From Monocercomonoides exilis PA203 (taxonomy: Eukaryota; Protista; Preaxostyla), in contig LSRY02000013.1 of assembly GCA_001643675.2 (NCBI GenBank), positions 248,001 to 312,000 on the forward strand: a stretch of DNA of 64,000 nt. Reading direction: 5' to 3'. A program made the position numbers and the translations under genes. The notes below the pieces were generated by a model. The model saw nothing but the letters and a program-made list of their open reading frames with translations, made no database searches and was not told the DNA's origin. Below, piece after piece: positions 62,879 through 64,000 of this stretch; positions within the stretch are counted from its first letter, which is position 1; each line of letters opens with the position of its first letter.

Positions 62879-64000
62879 TCAAAGCACATATGTACTTTGA
62901 TTTTAAAGAAAACATTTTCTCACTTCCTTCTCTTTATTTATGAGAGCATCACTTTATGGGTCAGTCACGATCACTGATCTGAAAAAATTAATGTTATCAA
63001 ATTCCACCTTAGGAGTTGGACTTGCGGCCGAACCTAACTCAGCAACGCTGACAGGTGGTCCAACAAGTAGTTTCCCTTCCTTTTCGGAAACTTTTCCCTC
63101 TCCATCATCTATTCCCTCTCTTCCATCGTCTTCTCAAGTTGCACAAGAAGTAAAAGAAGATTCAATCGACTCCGACTCGCCAGAAGACCAGGGAATTAAC
63201 CTAGAGAATTCCTTCTTTGATATTTTTGGAAGATCACCAGAAATCTCCCTATATGACATGCCTCTTCCAGAGAATGAGATCACAGAAATTGTTTCTGCCT
63301 TAAAGCGCGAAGATCTATCTCCATTTTTGCCGAACGCTCCACCGCCGTTTTCAAGAACAACAAGCCCGTACAAGGACGCCTTGGATAGAGCGGGAGAAAG
63401 AGCTGAGACATTTTTATACCCAATGATGAAACTATTGCTATCTTCTCATGCAATGACTTCCGATGAAGATCCAATCCGAAAAATGATTGCGGATGCTTGT
63501 CTCCTACTTGAAAAAGCGTTAAAGGAGGCAAGACATGTACGTATACAAGCAAGATTTGGGTTTACAGAGGCTGCAAAGATGAAGGACGAATTTTCTTCGA
63601 CGCTCCTCACAAAAAGACAAGCAGAACTTCTCGAAGAATCAAAGAAACAAGAAATAAAAGAGCAGTTTCACACATTAAGAAATATCCATATCTCGCCGAG
63701 CTACTACATCAGCAAAAGGAAATACTCGAAACCATTAACGTCTAACGGGTCAAATAAACAGTTTTTTCGTTCGGAGCCCCGGACGTTTGCCAGAAAGAGA
63801 GACCCGATTTTTTACAACAGCAGAAGCCTCTCCAGGCAACGATCCAGGGGACAGACTCAAAATTAACTATGGATGCGCACACTGTTGGGGGCAGAACTGC
63901 AGAGCATTGGAAAGAATAGTCAAAAATCGATGGAGCAAAACTAGTGCGAAGAGGCGCATTTGCAATTTGGAAGAGCAAACAAGCGCGGAAAAAACTATCC
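62879..64000 (+). mobile_element. 5' portion of a probable DIRS-type (tyrosine-recombinase) retrotransposon, continuing beyond the window
   Basis: Begins exactly where the gene B homology ends. A gag-like ORF is followed in a shifted frame by MDAHTVGGRTAEHWKE*SKIDGAKLVRRG, resembling the VGGRL..FW..W segment that precedes DIRS reverse transcriptases. RT and YR domains are not visible in the window. Confidence 0.6.
62940..63866 (+). CDS. Gag-like ORF1 of the putative DIRS-type element (308 aa)
   Basis: Intronless ORF with Ser/Pro-rich N-terminus, helical core and basic Arg-rich C-terminus, directly upstream of the pol-like frame (ATG 63869). Confidence 0.55.
   Translation: MRASLYGSVTITDLKKLMLSNSTLGVGLAAEPNSATLTGGPTSSFPSFSETFPSPSSIPSLPSSSQVAQEVKEDSIDSDSPEDQGINLENSFFDIFGRSPEISLYDMPLPENEITEIVSALKREDLSPFLPNAPPPFSRTTSPYKDALDRAGERAETFLYPMMKLLLSSHAMTSDEDPIRKMIADACLLLEKALKEARHVRIQARFGFTEAAKMKDEFSSTLLTKRQAELLEESKKQEIKEQFHTLRNIHISPSYYISKRKYSKPLTSNGSNKQFFRSEPRTFARKRDPIFYNSRSLSRQRSRGQTQN

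Noticed and set aside
1-64000. Host genetic code with TAA/TAG reassigned
   Set aside because: Conserved genes end in TAA or TAG at the expected positions (RPN11, VPS35, transporter, receptors), and long host ORFs contain no internal TAR.
1-64000. tRNA, rRNA, CRISPR array or telomeric repeats
   Set aside because: None recognised by eye; a covariance-model scan would be needed to exclude small ncRNAs.

Overview
AT-rich, intron-containing eukaryotic DNA using the standard genetic code. Short GT-AG introns, Ser/acidic low-complexity inserts and giant Cys-rich receptor-like ORFs suggest an anaerobic protist, possibly a Monocercomonoides-like oxymonad (inference only). The first ~33 kb holds housekeeping genes: SEM1/DSS1, syntaxin-5, an SLC35F-type transporter, VPS35, condensin CAP-D2 and RPN11. 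It also contains two hypothetical genes, one ~2280-aa receptor-like gene (gene A), two foldback MITE-like elements and a decayed pogo-like transposase. The second half is dominated by a ~25.7-kb palindrome. Its two near-identical 11.4-kb inverted arms (37128-48570 and 51435-62878) each carry a copy of a ~3970-aa receptor-like gene (gene B: modular beta-helix-type ectodomain, one TM helix, N-lobe-less pseudokinase). The 2.9-kb spacer contains a degenerate Rab-like GTPase and a complete Merlin (IS1595-like) transposon with TIRs and an 8-bp TSD. The right-hand gene copy is cut off at a 26-bp palindrome, followed by a probable DIRS-type retroelement. The strongest candidate for an undescribed system is this receptor-pseudokinase family: variable ectodomains (3 vs 8 modules) joined to a sharply bounded, nucleotide-homogenised ~1.2-kb TM/cytoplasmic cassette, with patchwork divergence between palindrome arms. 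This points to diversification by gene conversion or ectodomain swapping. All alignments were made by eye.
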